Shown here piece by piece: positions 1 to 11,500 of a DNA stretch of 64,000 nt. Numbering within the stretch: the first letter of the stretch is position 1; each line of letters opens with the position of its first letter. Origin of the DNA: Christensenellaceae bacterium (lineage in GTDB: Bacteria > Bacillota > Clostridia > Christensenellales > CAG-138). The position numbers and the translations under genes are program-made. The stretch covers positions 1,370,591 through 1,434,590 of the forward strand of contig OY762962.1 in NCBI GenBank assembly GCA_963667195.1, read 5' to 3'. The notes beneath the pieces are model-generated. The model had not been told where the DNA came from. It made no database searches and saw nothing but the letters and a program-made list of their open reading frames with translations.

Positions 1-497
1 GTGATGGCGAGAATCGCGCCGACTTTGCTCGCCGTATCGCTTGGCAGGGCGTAGCCTCCGCGGAATTTTCCGTTTGCGAACGCGGTTTGAAACGATTGGA
101 TATTGCGCACCCAAACATCCGCGACGAAATAGACCGCGTAGTCCGTGTGATGCTCCGTAATCACGATGCGAAGGTTGTCGTCCGAATAACTTCCGACGGA
201 GTTCGTTGTGTCCATAGCTCCCGTGGGGAACGTTGCGGAGAAGTCTCCGGGCGCGGGTGTAGGTGACGGGGTTGGCGTCGGGGTGGAGGCAACGAGGGTT
301 GCGGTCGCTTCCGGCGTGGCTTGCGCGGGCGCGGGTGTCGGCGATTGCGTTGCGGTAGCCATGATGCTTTTCAGCGGCTGATGGTCGCCGGGCTGAATGA
401 CAAACGTAAAGAGATAGAAAATTCCGAGCGCGACGCCGATGCCCAGCAAATCCAGCAGGACCACGAGGATTCCGGGCAACGGTTTTTTGTGCTGCAT
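1..497 (-). CDS. phosphodiester glycosidase family protein (NAGPA/DUF2233-like), N-terminal part; the gene runs off the window start
   Basis: Absent from the ORF track because it is truncated. My reverse-strand translation from the ATG at 497-495 gives MQHKKPLPGILVVLLDLLGIGVALGIFYLF (TM anchor) and a T/P/A-rich linker. It continues SYSDDNLRIVITEHHTDYAVYFVADVWVRNIQSFQTAFANGKFRGGY..SKVGAILAI, which matches my memory of the start of this domain. GGAAAGGAA lies upstream as a Shine-Dalgarno (SD) sequence. Confidence 0.6.
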   Translation of the reverse strand, partial: MQHKKPLPGILVVLLDLLGIGVALGIFYLFTFVIQPGDHQPLKSIMATATQSPTPAPAQATPEATATLVASTPTPTPSPTPAPGDFSATFPTGAMDTTNSVGSYSDDNLRIVITEHHTDYAVYFVADVWVRNIQSFQTAFANGKFRGGYALPSDTASKVGAILAI

Positions 498-660
498 AGG
501 GATTCCTTTCCAAAATTAGGCGCAAAAAGTCTTGCTTTCCTGCGCGTTGTTGATTGACAGCTCATACTAACTTTGTATGAGGGCAATTGCAAGAACTCTC
601 ATTATATTTTAATCAGAAATTCACAACAGAAGGACCGGATTGCCACAAAGCCGACGCAGT

Positions 661-706
661 TGAAAACAAAAAAGCAGATCTTTGGGCAATGTCCAAAGAT
701 CTGCTT
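661..706 (-). terminator. rho-independent terminator downstream of deoD
   Basis: Perfect 14-bp inverted repeat AAGCAGATCTTTGG / CCAAAGATCTGCTT (672-685 / 693-706) with a 7-nt loop. On the minus strand it is followed by TTTTGTTTT. Confidence 0.75.
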
Positions 707-769
707 GATTCCAAAGATGGAATTCTGTGCTTTCTAGCGCGATTTCGATCAAATACAGAGGAGAAACGC

Positions 770-1489
770 TTACTCCGCAATCGTCAGGGCGACCTGCATC
801 ATGTCGTGGAAGGCCGTCTGGCGCTCCTCGGACGTGGTGACAGCTCCTCCGATCAATAGATCGGAAATCGTGCAGATGGCGAGCGCCTTTTTACCCGCGC
901 GCGCGGCGTTCATATAGAGAGCCGCGGCTTCCATTTCGACCGCGAGCACGCCGAGCTTTGCCCACTCCATCGTGCCGTCAATGCCCTTTTCGGAATAGAA
1001 CATGTCGCTCGAAAGGAGGTTGCCGACCTTGTAGTTTAGCCCGCGCTTTTCGCACTCATCCACCGCGCGGCGCAGGGTTGGGTAGTCCGCGATGGGCGCA
1101 AAGCTTCCGTTGATGCCAAACTGCGAAAAATACGATGAGTTGGTGCAGGCGGCCTGACCCAGCACGATATCGAAGAGCTTCAGGTCGGGATGCATACCGC
1201 CCGCGGAACCGATGCGGATGATGGTGTCCACGCCGAAGAAGTTGTAGAGCTCAAAGGAATAGATGCCCATGCTCGGCATGCCCATGCCGCTGGCCATTAC
1301 GGAGACGCGCTTGCCTTCGAAATATCCCGTGTAGCCCTGCACACCGCGAACGTTGTTCACGAGCTCGCGATCCGTCAGATACGTTTCGGCAATATGCTTG
1401 GCGCGCAGCGGGTCGCCGGGCATCAAAACGGTCTTTGCAAAATCCCCAGGGCTGCAGCTGATGTGGGGCGTTAAATTGGCGGTTTTCAT
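770..1489 (-). CDS. deoD: purine nucleoside phosphorylase, DeoD type
   Basis: 239 aa. MKTANLTPHISCSPGDFAKTVLMPGDPLRAKHIAETYL..GVQGYTG..VSVMASGMGMPS..VEMEAAALY is colinear with hexameric PNP. Confidence 0.93.
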   Translation of the reverse strand: MKTANLTPHISCSPGDFAKTVLMPGDPLRAKHIAETYLTDRELVNNVRGVQGYTGYFEGKRVSVMASGMGMPSMGIYSFELYNFFGVDTIIRIGSAGGMHPDLKLFDIVLGQAACTNSSYFSQFGINGSFAPIADYPTLRRAVDECEKRGLNYKVGNLLSSDMFYSEKGIDGTMEWAKLGVLAVEMEAAALYMNAARAGKKALAICTISDLLIGGAVTTSEERQTAFHDMMQVALTIAE

Positions 1490-1571
1490 GATACACCTCC
1501 GAAAAATTTGAATACAGTCACAAAAATATTATAACATGTTTTTTCGCTTGCGTGAGGAACCGCGCTGAAAA

Positions 1572-3020
1572 TTAAGCGCGGCGTTCTTCGAGCTCGATAT
1601 GGCCCTTCCAGCCGGATGTCGGACGCAGATAGCACGCGGGATCAAACGCAAACGCCTCCAAGGTCGCGCCGCCACCCTGCTGCGTGACGACCAGCGGAGA
1701 CGCCTCTTCGTTCGGGCGATCCGGCAGGAAAGCGAGATATCGAATCGCGTTGGAAGAAAACCCGGCAAGTCGGCAGATGAACCGGTCCGTGGCCCAGATG
1801 TTGGTGGACATCACGATGACGCCCATCGGCTTGGGAGAGGGCTTGAGAGGACCTTCGCCTTCGCCCGCGACGATCATGTCGCAAACGTTGAATATCGTTC
1901 TCTGCGGCGTTGGCTGGAGCGCACCGGACTTGTCCGCAAAGCGCAGGATGCGGTTGAGGTCGACAATGGTGCGCCAGATGGTGTCGTTGCCATACCAGCT
2001 TCCCTCGGAAAAGTCCTTTTTCTCCGCGCCGGAGAGCTTTTGAAAAGCGCGAACGCCCTTATAGAGCCATTTGTTGAAGAAGAATCGCCGTTCACCCGCA
2101 TATTCGCTGTCGTTCTTTCGGTCGAGCAGGCGAGATTGCAGCCTGTGCAGCGCGTTCTTCTTGTTGTATTCGTCTCCGTTTTCCGCCTTGGAGCCCACGG
2201 TGTGGTGCGGTAGGTCTTCCTTTCGCATGCATGCGCCGACGAAGTTCTTCGCGCAGGCGGTCAAACCGGATTTCCGGTGCGATTTCGGCTTTGCAAGGTT
2301 GAGCACAACGTCCGCCTCCAGCACGCTGGGGTTGATCATGTACTCGTGCTTCTGCTCATTGTGGTGCTGCTTCATCAAGCCCGTGGCGTAGTTGGTTACG
2401 CGCATGCGGTCAATCTTTTCGCGGCTCCAGTCGGCAAAGAGGGATTGTTTGCCCAAATCGACGACGATGCCCGTCGATTGATTGCGCAGCACGCTCTTTC
2501 GCGAAGCGGTTTCGTGCGCAACGAGCCCGCGGAAATCCTGTATTTCGAGCGAAACACCCTTCTCGCGGTAAAACGCCCAAAGGCGGTTGTAACCCATTGT
2601 TTCGTGGAGATCTTCAAAATGGCAAATCTGAATCGGCGCATCGCCGACGATGACGCGTCCGGTTCCCTTGAGCGCGAGGAACACATAGTCCAACACCGCG
2701 CGGATCACGCTCGGATGCGTGACGACGCAGTTCATGTCGTGCGAAGGGTCGTCGTTTTCGTGCAGCACCCAGTTGGGTTTGACGAGAACCGTCATGCCCG
2801 GGCGAATGATCTTGCCAAGCGGGTTCCACTCCGGCTTGCCATAATGCGCGGCATCGTATCCCAACGCGTGAAAACCCGCACGAATCAGGCGATAGACGTC
2901 ATTTTCGCCTGCGGTACGCTCCGGATAGGGGCACTCGGGATAGGATTCGGAAGGCGACCAGCAAGATTCGCCGGAAGGGTAGGCGGCGTTTGGTGTTTGC
3001 CCAAAGTAGACTTGTTCCAT
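1572..3020 (-). CDS. DUF362 domain-containing protein
   Basis: 482 aa. The VLVKPNWV motif and overall layout recall DUF362. The start overlaps the upstream gene's stop by 1 nt (TAATG on the minus strand at 3018-3022). Confidence 0.7.
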   Translation of the reverse strand: MEQVYFGQTPNAAYPSGESCWSPSESYPECPYPERTAGENDVYRLIRAGFHALGYDAAHYGKPEWNPLGKIIRPGMTVLVKPNWVLHENDDPSHDMNCVVTHPSVIRAVLDYVFLALKGTGRVIVGDAPIQICHFEDLHETMGYNRLWAFYREKGVSLEIQDFRGLVAHETASRKSVLRNQSTGIVVDLGKQSLFADWSREKIDRMRVTNYATGLMKQHHNEQKHEYMINPSVLEADVVLNLAKPKSHRKSGLTACAKNFVGACMRKEDLPHHTVGSKAENGDEYNKKNALHRLQSRLLDRKNDSEYAGERRFFFNKWLYKGVRAFQKLSGAEKKDFSEGSWYGNDTIWRTIVDLNRILRFADKSGALQPTPQRTIFNVCDMIVAGEGEGPLKPSPKPMGVIVMSTNIWATDRFICRLAGFSSNAIRYLAFLPDRPNEEASPLVVTQQGGGATLEAFAFDPACYLRPTSGWKGHIELEERRA

Positions 3021-3952
3021 TACGATTCAAACTCCTTCGGGAAAAACTTGTTCAGCTCGATCCAGTCGCCAAGCTTGTAATCCCAGTCGACGGGCTGAAA
3101 GGTTTCCAACCCGCTGCCGGGATAGAGCGTCATCTCGCCGAAATACACCCTGTGGTTGATCTCATATAGATCCACGCGCATGAGCGGGAAGCCTTTGGAC
3201 AGTGTTTCGGCAACGCGGATCATCTCCGCGTAGCACTCCGGCTGGGGCAGAGATTGCGGGTCGGCGTGATAATGCCGCTCAAACGGCAGCCGCTTCCAAT
3301 CCGGGTCAAAGAACGTGACGTTGAGTTTGCTGCCCGCAAAGCGATTGGAGCAGACAAACGCGCAACGGTGTTCGCCGCCAAACATCATGAACTTATAGTC
3401 CATCAACTCGCCGGAGGATGCGCTTTCCATATATTGCTCCGCGATGATGCGGGGCTGAACATATTGATACGGCCATTCCCGACCACCCCAATAATAGTTG
3501 ATTTTTAGACTCTTTTCGATTTTCGCCTTCGCCGCGGCCAAATCAAACGTGCGCTTGTCCTGGCAGATGACGACATTGCCGCTGTCGTGCGTGCACTTGA
3601 GCACGAACCGCTCCGGCAGAGCATCAAAGTCGATCTCGTCAAAGCTGTTCCAGGGTCCGCCGACGAGCGGAACCAGGTATTCTTCGCCGATTTTGTCCGT
3701 GATCCACGCGCGAACGGCGTACTTATCCACAAGCGTCGGATAGAGTGGGTTTCGATCCTTCACCTTGAGCCATTGCACTTTTTCGTTGAACGATTTCGGG
3801 TTTTTCCAGTCGAGCTTCTTGTGGAAATAGGCGCGCCACATCGCGGAAAGATACAGCTGATCCGGCATCCAATTGAGCAGTTTTCGGGAGGAGAGCGCAA
3901 AAAAAACTGCCGCGGACGCGTGCCGTGCAGGGCGATCGGATTGTTTCGGCAT
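3020..3952 (-). CDS. ATP-grasp fold amidoligase (TupA-like) family protein
   Basis: 310 aa. KLDWKNPKSFNEKVQWLKVKDRNPLYPTLVDKYAVRAWI..FVLKCTHDSG..DYKFMMFGGE..RVDLYEINHRVYFGEMT is typical of TupA-like ATP-grasp glycopolymer enzymes. Confidence 0.75.
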   Translation of the reverse strand: MPKQSDRPARHASAAVFFALSSRKLLNWMPDQLYLSAMWRAYFHKKLDWKNPKSFNEKVQWLKVKDRNPLYPTLVDKYAVRAWITDKIGEEYLVPLVGGPWNSFDEIDFDALPERFVLKCTHDSGNVVICQDKRTFDLAAAKAKIEKSLKINYYWGGREWPYQYVQPRIIAEQYMESASSGELMDYKFMMFGGEHRCAFVCSNRFAGSKLNVTFFDPDWKRLPFERHYHADPQSLPQPECYAEMIRVAETLSKGFPLMRVDLYEINHRVYFGEMTLYPGSGLETFQPVDWDYKLGDWIELNKFFPKEFES

Positions 3953-4136
3953 TTACTCCTCCTGACGAGTCTTGTGGGATACAGACTTTGGCGGTGCTTC
4001 ACATCACCGCCTGCGTATAATATTATCCGCGTAGCCGTGGTGTGTCAATGGCGCGCGGCTGGATTTGCGGTTGCGCCCGCAAACACCGTTTCATAAAATT
4101 TTATATATGATTTCGTGCAGAATAGGGATAAATCGC

Positions 4137-4166
4137 TTGACAACCATTTTTCAGCAAGACTAAAAT
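4137..4166 (+). promoter_or_regulatory. candidate sigma-A promoter of asnA
   Basis: TTGACA (4137-4142), 18-nt spacer, TAAAAT (4161-4166). AAGGAGG SD lies before the ATG at 4204. Confidence 0.45.
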
Positions 4167-4203
4167 TATTGAATACCCGCACTGGGTCAAAGGAGGAGAA
4201 AGC

Positions 4204-5211
4204 ATGTCCAAGTCGTTCATTCCGCAGGGCTACCGCTCCAAACTGGGGCTCTACGACACGCAGAACGCCATCGAAATCATCAAGAGCACGTTCTTAGAAT
4301 CCCTCTCCGCGGTGCTGCGCCTCAAGCGCGTATCCGCGCCGCTCTTCGTCAATCCGGCGGAGGGACTCAACGATAACCTCAACGGCGTGGAACGCCCTGT
4401 TTCCTTCGATATTCCGGCGACCGGCGGGCATGGCGAGGTGGTGCAGTCCCTCGCAAAATGGAAACGGTATGCGCTGGGCCGGTACGGCTTCCGCTCCGGC
4501 AAGGGCCTCGTGACCGACATGAACGCTATCCGCCGCGATGAAGCGCTGGACAACCTGCACTCGGTTTATGTGGATCAATGGGACTGGGAAAAGGTAATCA
4601 CGCCCGAGGAGCGTACGGAAGAGACCCTGAAGCAGGCCGTTTTAAACATCGTGGATGCGATCTATTACACCCAGCAGATCATCTGCGCGAAGTACGATGT
4701 GCTCACTCCCTTCGTCAGCCGGGATGTCTCGTTTGTCACCGCGCAGGAACTGCTCGATCTCTACCCGGAATGTGACCCCAAGGAACGCGAGTATCGCTAT
4801 GTCAAGCAACATCCGACGACGTTTATCATGGGCATCGGCGGAAAACTATCCGACGGAAAACCGCATGACGGACGGGCGCCGGACTACGACGACTGGCAGA
4901 TCAACGGCGATATTTTGTTCTACAATCCGTTGCTGGACTGCGCGTTTGAAATCTCCAGCATGGGTGTTCGCGTGGACGCCGTAACACTGGACCGCCAGCT
5001 TTCACTCGCCGGCTGTGACAGCAGGAGAACCCTGCCATTCCACAAGATGTTGTTGGAAAACAAGCTTCCGCAAACGATCGGTGGTGGTATTGGCCAGTCC
5101 CGCTTATGCATGCTGTTGCTGAATAAAGCGCATATCGGCGAGGTGCAAAGCTCGCTCTGGGATGCCGAAACAATGGCGCTTTGCGAGCATGCAGGCGTAA
5201 CGCTTTTGTAA
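4204..5211 (+). CDS. asnA: aspartate--ammonia ligase (asparagine synthetase A)
   Basis: 335 aa. The N-terminus IPQGYRSKLGLYDTQNAIEIIKSTF..RVSAPLFV and the end IGGGIGQSRLCMLLL..HIGEVQ are characteristic of AsnA. Confidence 0.93.
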   Translation: MSKSFIPQGYRSKLGLYDTQNAIEIIKSTFLESLSAVLRLKRVSAPLFVNPAEGLNDNLNGVERPVSFDIPATGGHGEVVQSLAKWKRYALGRYGFRSGKGLVTDMNAIRRDEALDNLHSVYVDQWDWEKVITPEERTEETLKQAVLNIVDAIYYTQQIICAKYDVLTPFVSRDVSFVTAQELLDLYPECDPKEREYRYVKQHPTTFIMGIGGKLSDGKPHDGRAPDYDDWQINGDILFYNPLLDCAFEISSMGVRVDAVTLDRQLSLAGCDSRRTLPFHKMLLENKLPQTIGGGIGQSRLCMLLLNKAHIGEVQSSLWDAETMALCEHAGVTLL

Positions 5212-5227
5212 CAAGCAAACTTCATCT

Positions 5228-5264
5228 GAACCGCGGCTCAAGTTGGGCTGCGGTTCTTTTTTTT
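5228..5264 (+). terminator. rho-independent terminator of asnA
   Basis: GAACCGC..GCGGTTC hairpin followed by an 8-T run. Confidence 0.7.
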
Positions 5265-5583
5265 GTCTTGTCGCACGGGATTATCAATCTTGCAAAGATA
5301 CACGCCTGTTTGCCCGAACTCGCTTAAACAGAACTTAATGTTGCCATGTAACAAATCGATCAAACAGCGGATTGAAAATACAAGCAACGCGGATGTAACA
5401 ACATTTCCAAAGCGACACCTAAAACATATATATTGTAGGAGAATTCACAGAAAAGACATGAATAAAAATCACAAAATGCAACAATTATGTAATGTAAATT
5501 GCGTACCATATGCTAGAGTCAAAAAATATATCTGTACATCTGCAGACGAGTGTCTGCACGCGAGAGTTCTAGGAGGCAAAAAT

Positions 5584-8500
5584 ATGAAATGGTCGCAGAT
5601 TAAAAAGGGTATCAGCCTGGTACTGTGTGTACTCATGGTGTTGACGCTGCTTCCAGTCAGCTCGCTGGCGGAAGATACGGCGCCTGTTGACACAAGCACC
5701 CCGGCCGAGGCAACGCAAACCGCAAGCGTGGAGACGCCTGTGGCCAGCGATGCGAGCACGCCCACGCCATCCGATGCGGCGACGCCCACGCCCGCGGTAA
5801 CGGATGCAGCGGCTTCCACGTCGCCGACGGAGGATATCGTTCCGGACGGACCCAAGACGTATGTCGTCAATTTTGTGATCGATCATCAAACCATCCTGGG
5901 CATGCAGCAGACCGTTGCGGAAGGTGGGCTTGTGACCGCTCCGAGCATTCCCGCTGTGCCGGATGGCGAAGAATATGTCGGCCAGGTCTTCCTTTACTGG
6001 TATGCTAAGGAAGGCGTCGCTTACGACTTTGGCACGCCTGTGACCTCCGACCTTGTGCTCTATGCGCAGTTTGGCACCACCAAGGATGCGCCCGCTACCG
6101 AAGAGCAGCCCATCGTTGCGGATGATGCTGTCCTGTTCTCAGCGTTCTCCATGGCGGGTGGTATTCTCCCTGAGAGTACTCCCCTTTGGACCTATACGTT
6201 TGTTTCCGGCGGAACGACGGTCGCGACCAAGATCGTCGCCAACGGCGACACGCTGGATGCGCCGGAAGTGCCGACTGCCCCCGTCGGCCAGAAGTTCTCC
6301 GGCTGGTACACCTCCGATAATACCCTCTTTGACTCATTTGGCACACAGACCGTAACAGCTGATGGCGCGACCACGTTGACTGCAAAGTTTGAGCCTGCCT
6401 ACTATGTCTTCTTCTACAATCAGTTCGGTGCGGTGATCGAGGTGCGCACGCCCGATGCAAGCAACATCGTCTCCACCGCAAGCGTTACTTCTCTTCAGCT
6501 TGGCTCCGATCAAGCCCTCACCGGCTGGTCGCTGACGTCCGGCGGAACGACGGATGTTGGCGCGAGTGTGACGGTCAACGGCGCGAACATCAACCTCTAC
6601 CCGATCATCAAGAGCGTGATCTGGATTACCTTTAACTCCAACGGCGGAACCTATATTTCGCCGATGTATATCATGCCGAATACGGCGCTGACGCAACTTG
6701 CCGTCAACAACTATATCTCCACGCAGAACGGCGGCTCCAGCACGATTGCGAAGGTAGGATACACCTTCAACAATTGGACCGGCTTTACCTTTGGCAATAC
6801 GCCGACCGCGAATGTTACCCTGACTGCGAACTGGACGCCGAAGACCAATACGCCTTATAAACTCGTATATTGGATCGAGAACGCGGACGACAGCAACTAT
6901 TCGTTTGAAAAGTCGGTCGATAAGACCGGAACGACGGACGCCGTCATTGCGCTGACCAGCGCGGAAACGGCGAACACCAACCTGAACGCGACCTACGCAA
7001 CGTACTTCAACACGGGTACGTATACCGCAGGACAAACGATCAAAGGCGATGGCTCCACCATCGTGAATATCTATCATACCCGCAAGACGTATACGTTGAC
7101 CTACAAAAACGGGAATACTACGCTCTACACGAGTACCTATAAATACGATCAGGATATCTCGGCGGTATGGAATATCGCCGCGATTTTGAACCTGTCGAAT
7201 CAGGGATACGTTTGGCAGAGCAGCATCACGCAGGACTACTATACGATTCTTTTGAAGATGCCGGGCAGCAACCTGACCATGACGGCAACGCAATGGAACG
7301 GAAGCACGTACACCTGGTACTACTATCTGGAGACCCTGGATGGAACCGCAGCAACCGCGCCGTCAGGTTCCACGACGACAACCAGCGGCGGCATCACCTA
7401 TTATCTGATGAAGTCGGTCACGATCAAGGGAAACAACATTAGCCTGACCTATAGTGAAGATTATTTCCCGATCACCGGCTTCTATCAAAGAGACAGCAGC
7501 GTACCGAACTTTACGAAGACCGGAACGGTGTATTACGCGTCCTTGTTCTATCGCCGTTCGAGCTACAGCCTGACCTTTATCAACGGCGATACATCGAACG
7601 TGATTGCCAGCATCAAATATCAGGCGCCTGTTTCCGGCTATAACTATACGCCGAACCAACCGTCCGGTGTCGATGCTTCATTTACATTCAACAAATGGTT
7701 TGCAACCGAAGCCGCGATTGCGGGAACGGAGTTCAACTGGACGCAGACGATGCCCGCAAAGAACATCGTATTGTACGCCAACTGGGTTGCTCCGGCGTTC
7801 ACCGGAATTGCGCACTCGGTTGCCTATGGTTCAACCGGCGACACGACCGTCGATCTCGGTTCGATTCCCTACGGCGGCACCATCAGCGCAAGCGCGCTTG
7901 CCGCGGCACAGAATGCCGCCAATGCGAACAAACCACATCCCACGGACACGTTCGGCGGCTGGCTGATCATGAAAAACGGCTCGCTGATCCTGTTCAACTC
8001 CAGCATGCAGATCTACGAAAACGTGGTGCTATACCCCGTTTGGCTCAGCACACTGAGCTATACCGTGACCTACAATCTTGGCGAGGCGAGCGGAACCGCG
8101 CCTGTGGACAGCAAAACGTATGCTTCCGGCGGGCAGGCGCAGATTCTCTCCTATAGCGCAAGCGCCGTCACACCTCCCGCGGACAAGGTATTCATCGGCT
8201 GGCGCTCCAGCGTGGACAGCAAGATTTACTATCCCAACAGCGTGTTGACGATCACGCAGAATACGACGATGACCGCCGTCTGGGTTTACCCGACGACCAA
8301 CGTTACCATCACCTATAACGGCAACGGCGGCGCAACATCCGGAGGCGCGACCACCTTTACGGGCGGCGCGGTCAACAACACCTATCACACCGTGCAGAGC
8401 AACTCCTTCCTGTACACCGGCAAGATCTTTGCAAGCTGGAACACGAAGGCGGACGGCACAGGTACTTCCTATGCACCCGGCGACAGCGTGCTTCTGGGAG

Positions 8501-11500
8501 TCAGCGTGCCTACCGCACCCGGCGTGCTGTATGCAATCTGGCAGGATCAGACGTTTGTTGTCAGCGTGACGGCAAACCCGACAGCGGGCGTCACAGCAAA
8601 GAGCGGTGCGGGAACGTATATCTACGGAACGAACACGACCGTCACCTGGACGGTAGCCGCAGGTTATGAAGTCACCAGCGTAACGGACAACACCGTTACG
8701 GTGCCTGCTTCCTCCTATACAGGCAACAGCTATACGCTCAGCGGCCTTACGGCGGATCACGCGATCGTGATCAACACCCAAAAGACGCTGTATAACCTGA
8801 CCTACAACGGCAACGGCGGAACGGTTGGCGGGAATGCAAGCTACAGCTCCACCAAGACGATGGGAACGAGCATCACCGTCGATCAAAACACGTTTACGCG
8901 TGCGGGTTATTACTTCCTCGGCTGGAGCACCAACTCTGGCGCGACGGCTGTGGACCCGACCTATGCGCCGGGCACCAGCGTGGTGATGCCGGGCAACGAC
9001 CTGACCCTCTACGCCGTCTGGGCGCCAAAGATGGCACTTACGCTGACGGCAAACAGCGCCACACAGAACTATGACGGAACGGCTAAGAGCGTTTCGGGTA
9101 TCACCTCGAGCGTCTCCGGCCTGACCATTGAAAACGCGACTGCCTCCGCCACCGGAACCAACCCGGGCGTCTACGCGACCAGCTTTACCAATCAGGCAGG
9201 GGTTGTGCTCAAGAGCGGCGGCGTTGACGTAACGAATCGATACACGGTGACCTGGGTTGCGGGTTCGCTGACCGTCAACCCGCAGGTAACCTATCGCGCC
9301 AGTGCGGACGGCTCCCTGATCGGCACCGAGTGGGTGGCTTACGGCACGGGTGACGCGACCTATAACGTGACCCCGCAGCCGAGCATCACGGTAAGCGGCA
9401 ACAAGTATTACTGGCTTGGCACATATAGCCCCGCGACGGCAAACGACCTGACCGCGAACACGACGATCTATGCGACGTATACGCGCAATAAAACGCTCGT
9501 GATCACCGCGGACAGCGCAAATTATACCTATGATGGAACAACCCGCTCCGTCACCACCGGCACCGTGAACGTGTCTGGCCTGACGGTCACGGGCTACACC
9601 GTTTCCGGCAGCGGCACCAACGTAGGTACATACACAACCAGCGTGACGCTTGGCGCGGTCAAGATCATGAACGGTGCTACGGACGTTACCTATCAATATG
9701 ATGTGACGACCGCAAACGGGCTGCTCACAATCAACCCCGCGACCACAACCGCGACTTCTTCCGGTTACAACGACAAGTACGACGGCAGCGCGCACGGGAT
9801 CACGGTCACGCCGAAGGTGGATAGCTCGACGGTCAAGTACAGCCTGACCAACAGCACGAACCCGGCGGACTACACGCTGACCAACAGCCCGACGGCGACG
9901 GATTACACCCCGGGAACCACAGTCTACTTCGTGGTCACCAACCCGAACTACAATCCGGTGTTCGGCAACGAGCAAGTTGTCATTAATAAGAGAGTTGTTG
10001 CGCTGACGACGGCGACCGACACGAAAGAGTACGATACTCTTCCGTTGACCAACGCTGCTTGGTCGTATGACTCGACCGGCAATGACGGCTTCGTCGCAGG
10101 CCAGGGTTTCGCAACCTCCGCGGCAAACGGCACGATCACCAACGTCGGTTCGACGGACAACACGTTTGGCTACACGCTGACCTCGGCGACCAACGCCAGC
10201 AACTACACGATCTCTGTCACCAAGGGCAAGCTGACGATCACGGCGTCCAACGACCTGAGCGTTGGTGCCACCGACGTGACCAAGAAATACGACGGAACGG
10301 CTTACGGTGTGAACGCTTCGGCGAACGTACCCGCAGGCACGACGGTTCGCTACAGCGAGACCTACAGCACGAACCCGGCGGACTACACCCTCACGACGAG
10401 CCCGACGGCAACGCACGTTGGCGACAGCAAGACCGTCTACTTTGTCGCAACCAACACGAACTACGAGCCTGCGTTCGGTAGCGCGAAGGTCACGATTACG
10501 CCTCGCGAAATCACGCTGACCGCTGCGACCGAGTCGCGTGATTACAACGGAAACGCGCTCACCAACGCGAACGTGACCGTCTCCGGCGACGGCTTCCTCG
10601 ACGGTCAGGGTTACGAAACCCTGCCCACCGCAAGCGGAACGGTCACCGACGTCGGTTCCGTGAAGAACAATGTCGTGGCGGGCACGCTGAATGCCAGCAC
10701 GATCGCAAACGATTATACCTTCACGCCGGTGCAAGGCGACCTCACCGTCACCGCTCGCGCGCTGACCGTGCAAGCGAACGACCAGCAGATCGCCTACCCG
10801 GCGAACCGTCCGGCGAACGCCGACCTGACCTACGCGGTCGTGAGCGGCACTGTTTCCGGCGAGACCCCGGCGTTCGGTGGGGCGCTTGGTTACGACGCGG
10901 CGAAACTGCCCGCGAGCCAGCCGTATACACCCGCGACCTACGCTGACGCAATCGTCGGCGGCACGCTGGCGCTGACCAACAGCGGCGCGTTCAAGGCATC
11001 CAACTACTCGTTGACCGTTCTGCCCGCCGACCTCAAGGTCGTCAACGGCGGATTCACCGTTGACCTCACGGGCGGTAGCTGGACCTACAACGGCGACCCG
11101 CATGGCCCGACGCTCAATAACACCAATCCGACGGACACGATCGAGTACTTCGTCTCCGACGGTGCAGGCGGCTGGACGAGCAACGGCGCGACACCTCCGA
11201 CCGTCACCAACGTGGACGACGGCCCGCTGACGATCAAGGTCGTGGTCAACCGCCCGGGATATGATCCGGCGGAAGACACCACGACGCTCACGATCACGCC
11301 GGCGACGACCACCGCGACCTCGTCGGGCTACAACGACAAGTACGACGGCAATGCGCACGGGATCACCGTGACACCGAAGGTGGAAGGCTCGACGGTCAAG
11401 TACAGCCTGACCGACAGCACGAATCCTGCGGATTACACCCTGACGACGAGCCCGACGGCGACCGACTACACCGCCGGCACGACGGTCTACTTCGTAGTCA

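Noticed and set aside
321-859. Track ORFs 321-557(+), 371-592(-) and 587-859(+).
   Set aside because: They overlap the N-terminal coding part of the truncated minus-strand gene, the deoD terminator hairpin or the deoD 3' end. None has an SD or a recognisable motif.
5263-5583. Upstream in-frame extension of the giant ORF (track start at 5263).
   Set aside because: The region is AT-rich and translates to implausible sequence. It has no SD, and the asnA terminator T-run overlaps its beginning. The ATG at 5584 has an AGGAGG SD and opens a classic signal peptide.
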